A program made the translations under genes and the position numbers. The notes below the pieces were generated by a model that did no database searches, was not told the origin of the DNA, and worked only from the letters and a program-made list of their open reading frames with translations. Shown one piece after another: positions 9,993 through 18,030 of a stretch of DNA of 32,000 nucleotides; positions within the stretch are counted from its first letter, which is position 1, and every line of letters starts with the position of its first letter. The DNA comes from Polynucleobacter sp. MWH-Aus1W21 (GTDB lineage: Bacteria; Pseudomonadota; Gammaproteobacteria; Burkholderiales; Burkholderiaceae), in NCBI RefSeq assembly GCF_018687275.1, contig NZ_CP061287.1:1880212-1912211 (forward strand), read 5' to 3'.

Positions 9993-10113
9993 GAACTCGG
10001 TATTTTAGCGTAATTTAGCCTAGAGAGCTATTTCAAGCCGTCTAAATTCTTCTTCCCATGAAAAACGGTGTTTTTACGGTAAATACGCGGTACACACCTT
10101 GTCTACAAAAATT

Positions 10114-10128
10114 GTCGTTTTAAACGAC
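10114..10128 (+). repeat. Palindrome copy 1, GTCGTTTTAAACGAC (left island border)
   Basis: Perfect 15-mer with a TT extension on the left (TTGTCG...). It is intergenic and ends 3 nt from the stop codon of ORF 10132..10560. Confidence 0.9.
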
Positions 10129-10131
10129 GGG

Positions 10132-10560
10132 TCAGGACGCAGAGATTTTTGTTTTATCTTCAGGTTTGTACTGGGTGCCACACTGCTCACATGATTTAAG
10201 GCTATTTCTCCAAATCGGTCCTTGCTGCTCAGATCCACACTTCTGACAAATCATCTTCCAGCCCTTTGTGATGCTCTTGATCTTATATTTGGCAAAGATT
10301 ATGAGGTTTGCAACAAGCGATAACTGTTGGGCATGCTCATATGAGCCCCAAGGGGAGCTGATTTGTCCGCCATTCTTATTTTGATTAATCCAATAATTTC
10401 TAGTTAATTTGCTAGTGTCATCAGACTCCTGAGCAAGGATATTTGTGGAATAAACGATTGTGTATTCCTTATTTGTATCCTCAAGCTCAATTTCTAAGTC
10501 TTTATTACTTAGATACTGCTCAACTTGCTTTCTGATTACATCGGAATTTTCAGAAGTCAT
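10132..10560 (-). CDS. Hypothetical protein with C-terminal zinc-ribbon (CxxC...CxxC)
   Basis: I prefer the ATG at 10560 (MTSENSD...), which forms an ATGA overlap with the stop of the upstream exonuclease gene and suggests translational coupling. The C-terminus carries CQKCGSEQQ...CEQCGTQY. Confidence 0.6.
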   Translation of the reverse strand: MTSENSDVIRKQVEQYLSNKDLEIELEDTNKEYTIVYSTNILAQESDDTSKLTRNYWINQNKNGGQISSPWGSYEHAQQLSLVANLIIFAKYKIKSITKGWKMICQKCGSEQQGPIWRNSLKSCEQCGTQYKPEDKTKISAS

Positions 10561-11450
10561 GTAGCAATCCCACACATTTTTATAAAGTCATTTTCAGTAA
10601 GAATTTCAATCTTAACCCCTTCTGCGATTAGTTCTTCAGCCTTTCGTTGCTTAGTACTTTTATCGTGCCCTGCAAGAGTTGTTAAGTCTTGAATTCCCAC
10701 CACCAAGTAATTAGTCTTCTTTGTTACGCTTGAGCCAATCTTAAATCCAAACTGACTAGCATGAGTTGCTGCCCCATCCCTAGTCATTGTCACCAGCGCA
10801 CCTGTGAAAACAATTATCTTGCCAAAAAATATACCCTCTTCTTTTGGTAGATAGTCTGATGCTTTAAAGCCATGATGAAATGGATGTGGATTTTCTATCT
10901 GATACTTAATTCCCCGTAATAAAACTTCTTTAGTTATTAAACAATCAGCGATAGCTCGATGAGCTCCCTCCACAGAAACATTGAGTTGTTGCGCGACTGT
11001 AGACAGCTTATGATTTTCCAATTCCGGGAAAGCTCTTCTTGCTAAAGCCAAGACATCCTTTAATGGACGATGTTCTTCTGTATGGTTATTTAAAAATTTA
11101 CTATCAAACCCTGCGTTATACGCCCATATCTGCAAGTCGCCAGCAAACTGAAAGAAAGCCTCTACAGCCTCTGGATTGCTGGGCGCACCTTCAAGCATTT
11201 CATCAGTAATTCCAGTTAGCTCAACGATAAAAGGATCCAACCTGTCGGGCTCCACATCACTATCTTCAATATCCTCATCTTCATCGTCAAAGAATCCGTA
11301 GACATCATCAGGCTTTGTAAGAGTCTGAAATTGATCTATTACTTCGCCAGTATCGAGATCTACTTTAATTGCTCCAATTTCAATAATTTGATCTCTACCA
11401 CTATCTAAGCCAGTAGTTTCTAGATCAACAATGATTGCGTAATTTGCCAT
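10557..11450 (-). CDS. DnaQ-like DEDDh 3'-5' exonuclease fused to a C-terminal BRCT domain
   Basis: Exo I is IIVDLETTGLD, Exo II is WAYNAGFDSKFL and Exo III is HRAIADC. The C-terminal segment KIIVFTGALVTMTRDGAATHASQFGFKIGSSVTKKTNYLVVG is BRCT-like. Confidence 0.85.
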   Translation of the reverse strand: MANYAIIVDLETTGLDSGRDQIIEIGAIKVDLDTGEVIDQFQTLTKPDDVYGFFDDEDEDIEDSDVEPDRLDPFIVELTGITDEMLEGAPSNPEAVEAFFQFAGDLQIWAYNAGFDSKFLNNHTEEHRPLKDVLALARRAFPELENHKLSTVAQQLNVSVEGAHRAIADCLITKEVLLRGIKYQIENPHPFHHGFKASDYLPKEEGIFFGKIIVFTGALVTMTRDGAATHASQFGFKIGSSVTKKTNYLVVGIQDLTTLAGHDKSTKQRKAEELIAEGVKIEILTENDFIKMCGIAT

Positions 11451-11542
11451 TCTTGAACTTTACTATAGGGCTAGAAAAAACAAAATCGGTCTTGCCCAAC
11501 CCTGCACACCGAAATTAAGCTATGTTTTTCAGCTAGAGAAAC

Positions 11543-12814
11543 ATGCCTAAAGAAACTGAGCTGCTCACCCTTTTCTTTCAAAGCACCCCCACCACTGAAA
11601 AATCCCCTCAGCTCAAATACCTAGAAAACCTAGCCACTGGCAAGCTAGTACATATGAGGGATGGCAACATCACTCTTTATAAGCGTGAACGAAGCAAACA
11701 GTGGCAAATGCGCTTTAGGCTATTTGATAAGAAGTGGCACAGAGTCAGCACTGGCTACGAAGATCTCGAATACGCCAAGAAGAAAGCTGGCGACATATAC
11801 GATAGAGCCCGCTTTATGGAAGAGCTGGGATTACCGCCGCTTAATAAACGCTTTGATTCAGCCGCAGAAGCAACTAAGGTAGAGCTACAAAGCGACCTGG
11901 ATAACGGGGTGGGTAAAAAGATCTATGTAGATTACATATCAGTAATCGACAACTATCTAATCCCGTTCTTTGGTAAGAAGCACCTGACTAGCATCAGCCA
12001 TCAAGATATTGCGGAATATGAAGTTTGGCGTAGCGAGAAGATGAAACGCAAACTCATGCAATCCACAATGATGACTCACTTCTCCGCTTACAACAGAGTA
12101 TTTGATTTAGCAATTAAAAGGGGTTGGCTCAGCGATAAGCATCCAGTTCCAAGGCTGGGCACTAAGGGCGAAAAGAGTAAGCCAAGACCTGCTTTCACAA
12201 GAAAGGAAATTGACTACTTATTAGAGTTTCTAAAAACATGGAGTGAAGGAGGCAAAACCGAGGAAGCGCATAACGGAAGACTACTTCTAAGAGATTACAT
12301 AGAAGTACTCCTAGCTACAGGAATGCGTCATGGCACAGAAGCATTCAATATTCAATGGCGACACTTAGAGTGGCATACAGACAAGAGCATTAGATACCTA
12401 CGAATATGGGTAAGTGGAAAAACGGGCCCACGCTGGCTTATAGCAAGGCATGAGGCAGTTCCAGTAATAGAGCGCCTAAAACAACGCTTTAAGGAATGGG
12501 ATCATTTAACGCTTGATCAATTACTGGAAGAAAAGCGTGAAGAATTCTTATGGCGCCATCCCAATGGTGAACGCCCATATGACTTTGTTAGTAGTTTTAA
12601 ATGGCTGATGAAAGACTCAGGGCTATTGCTTTCTACAACTGGTGCTAAGCGCACTTTGTACAGCTTTAGACACACCTACGCTACGTTTAGCTTAGTTGAA
12701 TGGGGCATGGATATTCACACGCTAGCAAAGCAAATGGGCACGTCTGTACAAATGCTAGAACGCTTTTATAGCAAGCTCACAGCCACATTAGCTGCGGAGA
12801 AGTTGGCGGGTTAA
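11543..12814 (+). CDS. Tyrosine-type site-specific integrase (Int-1)
   Basis: 423 aa. Catalytic signature: LLATGMRHGTEA (Arg), FRHTYAT (His-x-x-Arg), ERFYSK (Tyr). The N-terminus has an arm-binding-like beta region, ITLYKRERSKQWQMRFRL. It is a paralogue of 19130..20401. Confidence 0.9.
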   Translation: MPKETELLTLFFQSTPTTEKSPQLKYLENLATGKLVHMRDGNITLYKRERSKQWQMRFRLFDKKWHRVSTGYEDLEYAKKKAGDIYDRARFMEELGLPPLNKRFDSAAEATKVELQSDLDNGVGKKIYVDYISVIDNYLIPFFGKKHLTSISHQDIAEYEVWRSEKMKRKLMQSTMMTHFSAYNRVFDLAIKRGWLSDKHPVPRLGTKGEKSKPRPAFTRKEIDYLLEFLKTWSEGGKTEEAHNGRLLLRDYIEVLLATGMRHGTEAFNIQWRHLEWHTDKSIRYLRIWVSGKTGPRWLIARHEAVPVIERLKQRFKEWDHLTLDQLLEEKREEFLWRHPNGERPYDFVSSFKWLMKDSGLLLSTTGAKRTLYSFRHTYATFSLVEWGMDIHTLAKQMGTSVQMLERFYSKLTATLAAEKLAG

Positions 12815-12820
12815 AGATTT

Positions 12821-12835
12821 GTCGTTTTAAACGAC
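12821..12835 (+). repeat. Palindrome copy 2, GTCGTTTTAAACGAC
   Basis: Perfect 15-mer with a TT extension on the left. It begins 6 nt after the Int-1 stop codon. Confidence 0.9.
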
Positions 12836-12845
12836 TGCTAAACAT

Positions 12846-13178
12846 ATGAAACCTAGAAAACTTAAAACTACTTCGGTTGACTCACGCTGGTCTTGCTATG
12901 AGAGATTTGATCAAAGCCTACAAGACGCCATTAACAGTAACGAGAAAATACTGAGTATTGGGTACTTGAGCTATACCTGTGAGCACAAAACACATAAGCC
13001 CCTTAGTCATTCGCGCATCACCTGTAAAGCAATACATAGAAATCAAGGGTGCTCGTTATTGATTAAATTAACCAGAGTTTTAAATACAAACTCTGGCCTA
13101 CGTAAACAACAGAAATTCAATAGGCATGAGAAGAGAATCACAACAAAGTGGATGCCAAGATTAAAGACTCGGTATTGA
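12846..13178 (+). CDS. Hypothetical basic Cys/His-containing protein (weakly supported ORF)
   Basis: 110-aa ORF with no recognisable motif and no clear RBS. It is the only ORF on either strand in this interval. Confidence 0.3.
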   Translation: MKPRKLKTTSVDSRWSCYERFDQSLQDAINSNEKILSIGYLSYTCEHKTHKPLSHSRITCKAIHRNQGCSLLIKLTRVLNTNSGLRKQQKFNRHEKRITTKWMPRLKTRY

Positions 13179-13258
13179 TTTACGCATTACCTGTCAACCA
13201 GAAAATCTGTCAACCGTTAAAAACCATATCCCACAGATCAAACCGCGATTTTGAATCA

Positions 13259-13633
13259 TTAGAGCGGTTTGGGTGTCTCGCCTTTTAAGTAAGCCTGAAA
13301 CATTCTTTGCTCTTCTGGCGATCTCGTAGTGATGGTAGGTTGTGCTTTTAGCTTTGATGGAGCAATCGTTTTATATTGGGGTGCTGGCTTAGTTACAGTA
13401 GGCGGCGCTGGCCTTGCTTGCTGAGGTATTGGACTGGGCGTCGGCCTTTGCGGCAATTTCACTGCTTTGGGCTTTGGGGCTTTCGGAGCTTTGGCTTTGG
13501 GTTTGCTTGCTTCTGCCGCCTTTTGTTTAGCCTGGGCACTAGCTTGTTGGCTAATAGCACTCCAAGTGTTATTCATAATGATTCGCAGTAGCCCTAGTTG
13601 ATCTTCTGCATTGGCAATTTCGTACATTCTCAT
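13259..13633 (-). CDS. Hypothetical Pro/Lys/Ala-rich protein
   Basis: 124 aa. AGGAGA lies 5 nt upstream of the ATG. The central part is low-complexity (KPKAKAPKAPKPKAVKLPQRPTPSPIPQQARPAPP). Confidence 0.6.
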   Translation of the reverse strand: MRMYEIANAEDQLGLLRIIMNNTWSAISQQASAQAKQKAAEASKPKAKAPKAPKPKAVKLPQRPTPSPIPQQARPAPPTVTKPAPQYKTIAPSKLKAQPTITTRSPEEQRMFQAYLKGETPKPL

Positions 13634-13690
13634 ACGTTTCTCCTTTCCTTATATTTAGCGGGAACGTACGAGAAACTAGGGAATCGATAA

Positions 13691-13834
13691 CTAAACCTCC
13701 ATGGGCAAATGTACGATGTTCTCCACCCCATATTGCCCAATCAGTAAAAAGTAAGCGTCTTGCGAGCTACTTGCCATGATTCTTGTTTTGACGACGTAGC
13801 CATTAGCCCGTACGTAGGCTTCAAAAGTTTTCAT
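13691..13834 (-). CDS. Possible 47-aa small protein
   Basis: Translated by hand as MKTFEAYVRANGYVVKTRIMASSSQDAYFLLIGQYGVENIVHLPMEV*. It fills the gap between two co-oriented genes. It is below the ORF-track size cut-off and its RBS is weak. Confidence 0.3.
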   Translation of the reverse strand: MKTFEAYVRANGYVVKTRIMASSSQDAYFLLIGQYGVENIVHLPMEV

Positions 13835-13890
13835 TTAATCAATCCAAAGAAAAAGTGCTAACACTATGATTAGCATTAGCACTTGGTTAC

Positions 13891-14328
13891 TCACTTACCA
13901 AACCCTGCACGTACAGCGCCGCTAGCTTGCTCAATTTGTGTATCGAGCTCTCCGGCTTCTACTGCCCCCTTCACAATCTCAAGGGCTTTAATCAGCTCAT
14001 CAGCACTAGCAACCTCTACAGCAGACTTGCCTTTAGCAAATTCAATAACGCGACTTCCATAGCGGATGTTTAAGCAAACCTTGCCATCATTAGCAACAAA
14101 CCACCAGGGACGTACCCGCTTTTGATGCTCAATTGTTTTACGAGAACCATCAGCGTCTTTAATGCTTTTATATTTCTTAACGCTGTAAGTGCCACCTTCC
14201 TTTTGGGCTTTAGCTAATTGGATTTGCTCCCAGACTTTGTTGCCTAACTTATGACGGCGATGAAGGATGGGTGGAATTGCTGTTGGTTTTTTAGAATTAA
14301 CCAACTTCAAACTATTAAGTGCGCTCAT
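13891..14328 (-). CDS. Hypothetical protein of the kind common on mobile elements
   Basis: I prefer the second ATG (14328, MSALNSLK...) because AAGGAG lies 6 nt upstream of it. No catalytic motif was recognised. Confidence 0.65.
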   Translation of the reverse strand: MSALNSLKLVNSKKPTAIPPILHRRHKLGNKVWEQIQLAKAQKEGGTYSVKKYKSIKDADGSRKTIEHQKRVRPWWFVANDGKVCLNIRYGSRVIEFAKGKSAVEVASADELIKALEIVKGAVEAGELDTQIEQASGAVRAGFGK

Positions 14329-15337
14329 CGTTTTCTCCTTTGTATGAATGGGCACACTTAATTTATTGTCGGCCTTTTTGAAAGAGCAACCTCTTTATGC
14401 CAAAAGCCACATGAACCTAATAATCACATTCATTTCTACTCTTCTTTTATTAGGTTTAACTAAATAACTTTATAAATTACTACTGAAACAAGGGCAGTGA
14501 CACCCAGTCGTTATGTCACCCTAAAGCTGGACTTAGAGTCGCAGTCATGGAAATTCTGGGCAGTAGCAGAGACTTAGTATCACTATCCTTTACAGGACGT
14601 CATTAGAGTTGCTTACTAATTGATACAAGAATATTTCAGCACAAAGATTAAATGAATCACGAGCAAGCCCTGCTTACACAGCAACTTGCGAACAAGACAT
14701 TGGTAGCCACTTAATGCTGATGTCATTGTTGCGTTTTACGGCCGCACATAAAAGGAGACAGCAAAACCGCCCTTACCCAATTGGGTTGTGCCCTAAGTGG
14801 TGTAGTAAAGAACTCAGAGAAAGTCCTTTTCCTTATTTCTTCTCTATAACTGAGCCTGTTGCTTAAGGCTCAGTGTAGGTTGAATCTAGAGAAAGCCAAT
14901 ACAAACAATTTAAGAAGAAAGAAATGTGATGAGCGACAAGCGAAATCACAAGCGAGTGTTAGCTCGCTTACTACTAAGGGGGGTATAGGTAGAAAATCAC
15001 CACCCGAAAAGCTTCAGCTACCTATTAATTTTTCGTAGCCCAGAAATTTAATAGCTGTAGACCCATTCAGGGTAAATCCTTCGTTTAAGCGATGATTAGA
15101 AGCTTTCGCTTACTTGGGTAGCAGAACCCGAAATCAAACAGCTTGTAGGGCTTATAAATACTTCATGAAATATCGTGGCGAAAATGCCACGAAAACATAA
15201 TCTAATTAATAAAAGATTATGAAATCAGCTAAGTCTTTGAATTGTGGAAGGTTCTTTCTTAGCCATTTTCGGTTGCTCTCACCAAACATAAGAAAACATA
15301 CTGTAGCTCTGTATTTATTACATTTCAGGGAGAACGT

Positions 15338-15904
15338 ATGTCACAAGCTAGAGTTTTAAATCCACAAGAACTACGCAGAGTTTTAGATCACGTCGCTACA
15401 CGTAGGCACAGCGCACGTAATCGCGCTATGTTGCTACTTACACACTACGCGGGTATGCGAGTAGGTGAAGTTGCCGCACTACGTATAAACGACGTTTTAA
15501 ACAGCGACAACACAATTAAGGATGAAGTACGCTTAATGCCCGAGCAAACCAAGGGAAAGCATGCCCGTACTGTTTACTTAAATGAACGTATGCGCAAGGA
15601 AATTAGCCAGTATTTGCGAGTATTACGCATTAGAGATGCCAGCAAGCCTTTGTTCTACACACAGAAACAAGCAGGTTTCTCAGCTAACTCCCTAGCCCAG
15701 TACTTCTTTTACCTATATCGCAACGTAGGCTTAGATGGTGCGAGTAGTCATAGCGGAAGACGTAGCTTTCTAACTGGCCTTGCCAATAAAGGTACAGCTA
15801 TCCATATATTGAAGAGCCTAGCTGGACATAGAAACATCAGTACTACTGCTAGCTATCTATATTCAAGCCCAACACAGCTTAAAGCCGCTGTGGAGCTTGT
15901 TTAA
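15338..15904 (+). CDS. Small catalytic-domain-only tyrosine recombinase (FimB/FimE-sized)
   Basis: 188 aa. It carries AGMRVGEV (Arg), KGKHARTVYL (Lys hairpin), SSHSGRRSF (His-x-x-Arg), LAGHRNISTT (His) and ASYLY (Tyr). It has no N-terminal core-binding domain. GGGAGA RBS is present. Confidence 0.85.
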   Translation: MSQARVLNPQELRRVLDHVATRRHSARNRAMLLLTHYAGMRVGEVAALRINDVLNSDNTIKDEVRLMPEQTKGKHARTVYLNERMRKEISQYLRVLRIRDASKPLFYTQKQAGFSANSLAQYFFYLYRNVGLDGASSHSGRRSFLTGLANKGTAIHILKSLAGHRNISTTASYLYSSPTQLKAAVELV

Positions 15905-16243
15905 CTATTTCGCTATGTTGGTGACAACTTCGCCAACATAGTCTTGCTTTACTTCTGCTGAGACTAGCTGTACCAGCAACTTAATGCCCTTTTCCGATGG
16001 AAGCTTATGCCCAAACCAACAACAATAAACTTCCACTCTCTTTTTTCCAACCTTACCCAAGGGTAACTTCACAGAAGGCGCAAGAACAAAAGTTCCGCTG
16101 ACTTCAGCATTTCTATACATCGCATTAACAACTTTGATTACTCTGTCGGCTTTTACAGTTTTAAAGTTCCTTTCGGTTGCTGTAGAAGATAAGTCGGGAC
16201 ATTTTGCATCATTCCAAGCTGGTGCTTTTAGATAGAAATCCAT
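15905..16243 (-). CDS. Hypothetical protein
   Basis: 112 aa with a GGAGA RBS. It is convergent with the small recombinase gene and abuts it with no gap. Confidence 0.6.
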   Translation of the reverse strand: MDFYLKAPAWNDAKCPDLSSTATERNFKTVKADRVIKVVNAMYRNAEVSGTFVLAPSVKLPLGKVGKKRVEVYCCWFGHKLPSEKGIKLLVQLVSAEVKQDYVGEVVTNIAK

Positions 16244-16287
16244 AATTTCTCCACGCTTAGTTTAAGTTTTAACAGGATATCAAATTT

Positions 16288-16302
16288 GTCGTTTAAAACG
16301 AC
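16288..16302 (-). repeat. Palindrome copy 3 in opposite orientation (reads GTCGTTTAAAACGAC on +)
   Basis: Perfect 15-mer with a flipped centre (TTTAAAA). It is intergenic and ends 1 nt from the stop of ORF 16304..17047. Confidence 0.9.
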
Positions 16303-16303
16303 A

Positions 16304-17047
16304 CTATTTACTCAACGGAAACTTACCCAATCCGGCATTGGCAATCATCTTCTCTGCGTTAGTGATATATCGCTTTACGCTTGCGCCCATGACATTTCTA
16401 TAAACCTGTCGCTCGTTCATGCTCATGTTATCCGTTGTCATTGCGGAGGGTACCAAACGCATACTTTGCCCAATCTTCCAATAAGGAACTTTGGGAATTT
16501 GTCCTTTGTGCTTTAGATATTCATCGTAAACAGCTAAAGTAGTTTCTAGATTTCTAATAGTGTAATTTTTAGCAAGCGGGTACTTAGCAGAGCTTTCTTC
16601 GAATGTTTTGTACTGACGCCCTCTTTTAATTGTGTGTCTCTTGTTTAACAACGCATTAAATCGACTCTGTAAATATCTTTTACTAGATGTCAGCGGCATA
16701 GCCACTACAAGGACTTTATCGTCAGTCCACGATTTATTCCACTGTGCCTTATCTGTCAACTCCATTAGCACCATATCACCACCTTCCGATACATGCTTTT
16801 CAGAAAATAGCTCGACTCCTTTTTCCTTCCACCACTTCTTGAAGTTATCTTCTCGCACATCCCCAAAATCTTTATAGAGTTTTGCGTACTTGCCCTTGCC
16901 GCCATTCTCACAGCACTTTAAGTAATCCTCATTACGGCGCAAATAAACCCACCACCAGTAATAAGGGCTTCTGGTTTGAAGCGATATTTTTGCGGGCTTA
17001 TTTTTAGTTCCGAAATTAGGAGCGTCGGCGAGAAATCTTACTTTCAT
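16304..17047 (-). CDS. Hypothetical protein with an N-terminal W/Y-LRRN motif (tentatively DUF6499/DUF2285-type regulator-like)
   Basis: 247 aa. SPYYWWWVYLRRNEDYLKCC resembles the AWEFLRRNPxY motif of ICE-associated regulator-like proteins. This is recognised from memory and was not searched. Confidence 0.6.
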   Translation of the reverse strand: MKVRFLADAPNFGTKNKPAKISLQTRSPYYWWWVYLRRNEDYLKCCENGGKGKYAKLYKDFGDVREDNFKKWWKEKGVELFSEKHVSEGGDMVLMELTDKAQWNKSWTDDKVLVVAMPLTSSKRYLQSRFNALLNKRHTIKRGRQYKTFEESSAKYPLAKNYTIRNLETTLAVYDEYLKHKGQIPKVPYWKIGQSMRLVPSAMTTDNMSMNERQVYRNVMGASVKRYITNAEKMIANAGLGKFPLSK

Positions 17048-17186
17048 TTTCTTAACTTTTAAATAGCAGGATGTCTATTAGTGTATCAGAAAAAGTGCTA
17101 TGTAGCCTTAGTATCTATCTCATGGCAAGCGGTTAAATTCTTAACAAGCAACCATACTTTTAATACACATAGAAAGAGAGTTAATC

Positions 17187-17975
17187 ATGAATACATTAAC
17201 AACCGTAGTAGAAACAACAGCAACTAGCAACGTCGTTTTAAACGACAAACAAAAGAAGGCTCGTAAGGCTTCTATTGCTACTAATGCGTCAAAGCTTTTA
17301 GGGGCAATGGAAGAAAGCCGCATTACTTGGGAAGAAGGTGCGTACAGAACGAGCAATCAAGCGTTGTATCAAGTGCTAGCTCAGTGCTTACAGTTTTGCG
17401 GAGAGCTTTCAATTGGTGATGCTAAGGCTCGTTTAGTTGCGCTTGAGAAGTTTTATAAATCACGTAACTATAAGTACAACAAAACTAAGCCTTTAATCAC
17501 ACGAGTTATTCGCGCTGTATTCGGCGACATTGATAGACGTCGCTTGAGCACCTATTCAATTGTTTTACGAAAGGCTCAAAAGTTAAATGTGTCTTTCTCA
17601 GAACTTGCTGACTGGATTGAAAAGGAAGGCGGGGTTCAAGAAATTAAGTTGGGGCATAGTGAAACATTTGTAAGCGTTACAGATAAAGCTGAAATGGCAA
17701 AAGAGCATTTTGAAAAAATGAAGCCTCTTGGTAGCGCAAATTCAGAAATGCTTTCAATGGTGGCAGATGCTGATTTTATGGGTGACACCTGCGTACTGTT
17801 GGCGGAGCAAAACAGTCAGGGCGGCTTTGACGTTAAAGCTGTTCTTCGTAACGCAAGTCTTGTTAAAGCGGCATTTGCGGCTCTTTATGCGAAACAGCAA
17901 GAAATTACTGTTGAAGCAAAACGAGTTGTCGATGCGGCTAATGATGCCGAAGCGAAGTTAGCTAAAGCAGCCTAA
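17187..17975 (+). CDS. Hypothetical helical protein (first gene of a 3-gene + strand operon)
   Basis: 262 aa with an AAGAGAG RBS. Palindrome copy 4 occupies codons 16-20 (VVLND). Confidence 0.7.
   Translation: MNTLTTVVETTATSNVVLNDKQKKARKASIATNASKLLGAMEESRITWEEGAYRTSNQALYQVLAQCLQFCGELSIGDAKARLVALEKFYKSRNYKYNKTKPLITRVIRAVFGDIDRRRLSTYSIVLRKAQKLNVSFSELADWIEKEGGVQEIKLGHSETFVSVTDKAEMAKEHFEKMKPLGSANSEMLSMVADADFMGDTCVLLAEQNSQGGFDVKAVLRNASLVKAAFAALYAKQQEITVEAKRVVDAANDAEAKLAKAA
17232..17246 (+). repeat. Palindrome copy 4, GTCGTTTTAAACGAC (intragenic)
   Basis: Perfect 15-mer with an AA extension on the right. Its reverse complement shares 18 bp (TTTGTCGTTTAAAACGAC) with copy 3. Confidence 0.9.
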
Positions 17976-18030
17976 CTGACAGAATGGCGGCCTTATGCCG
18001 CCATTCCTTACCTATTGAAAGGAATTAAAA

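Noticed and set aside
9993-10060. Sigma-70 promoter for the tRNA (TTGAAA ... TAAAAT)
   Set aside because: The hexamers are present, but the spacing I counted (23 nt) is far from the optimal 17 nt, and other pairings are weak. I left it unannotated.
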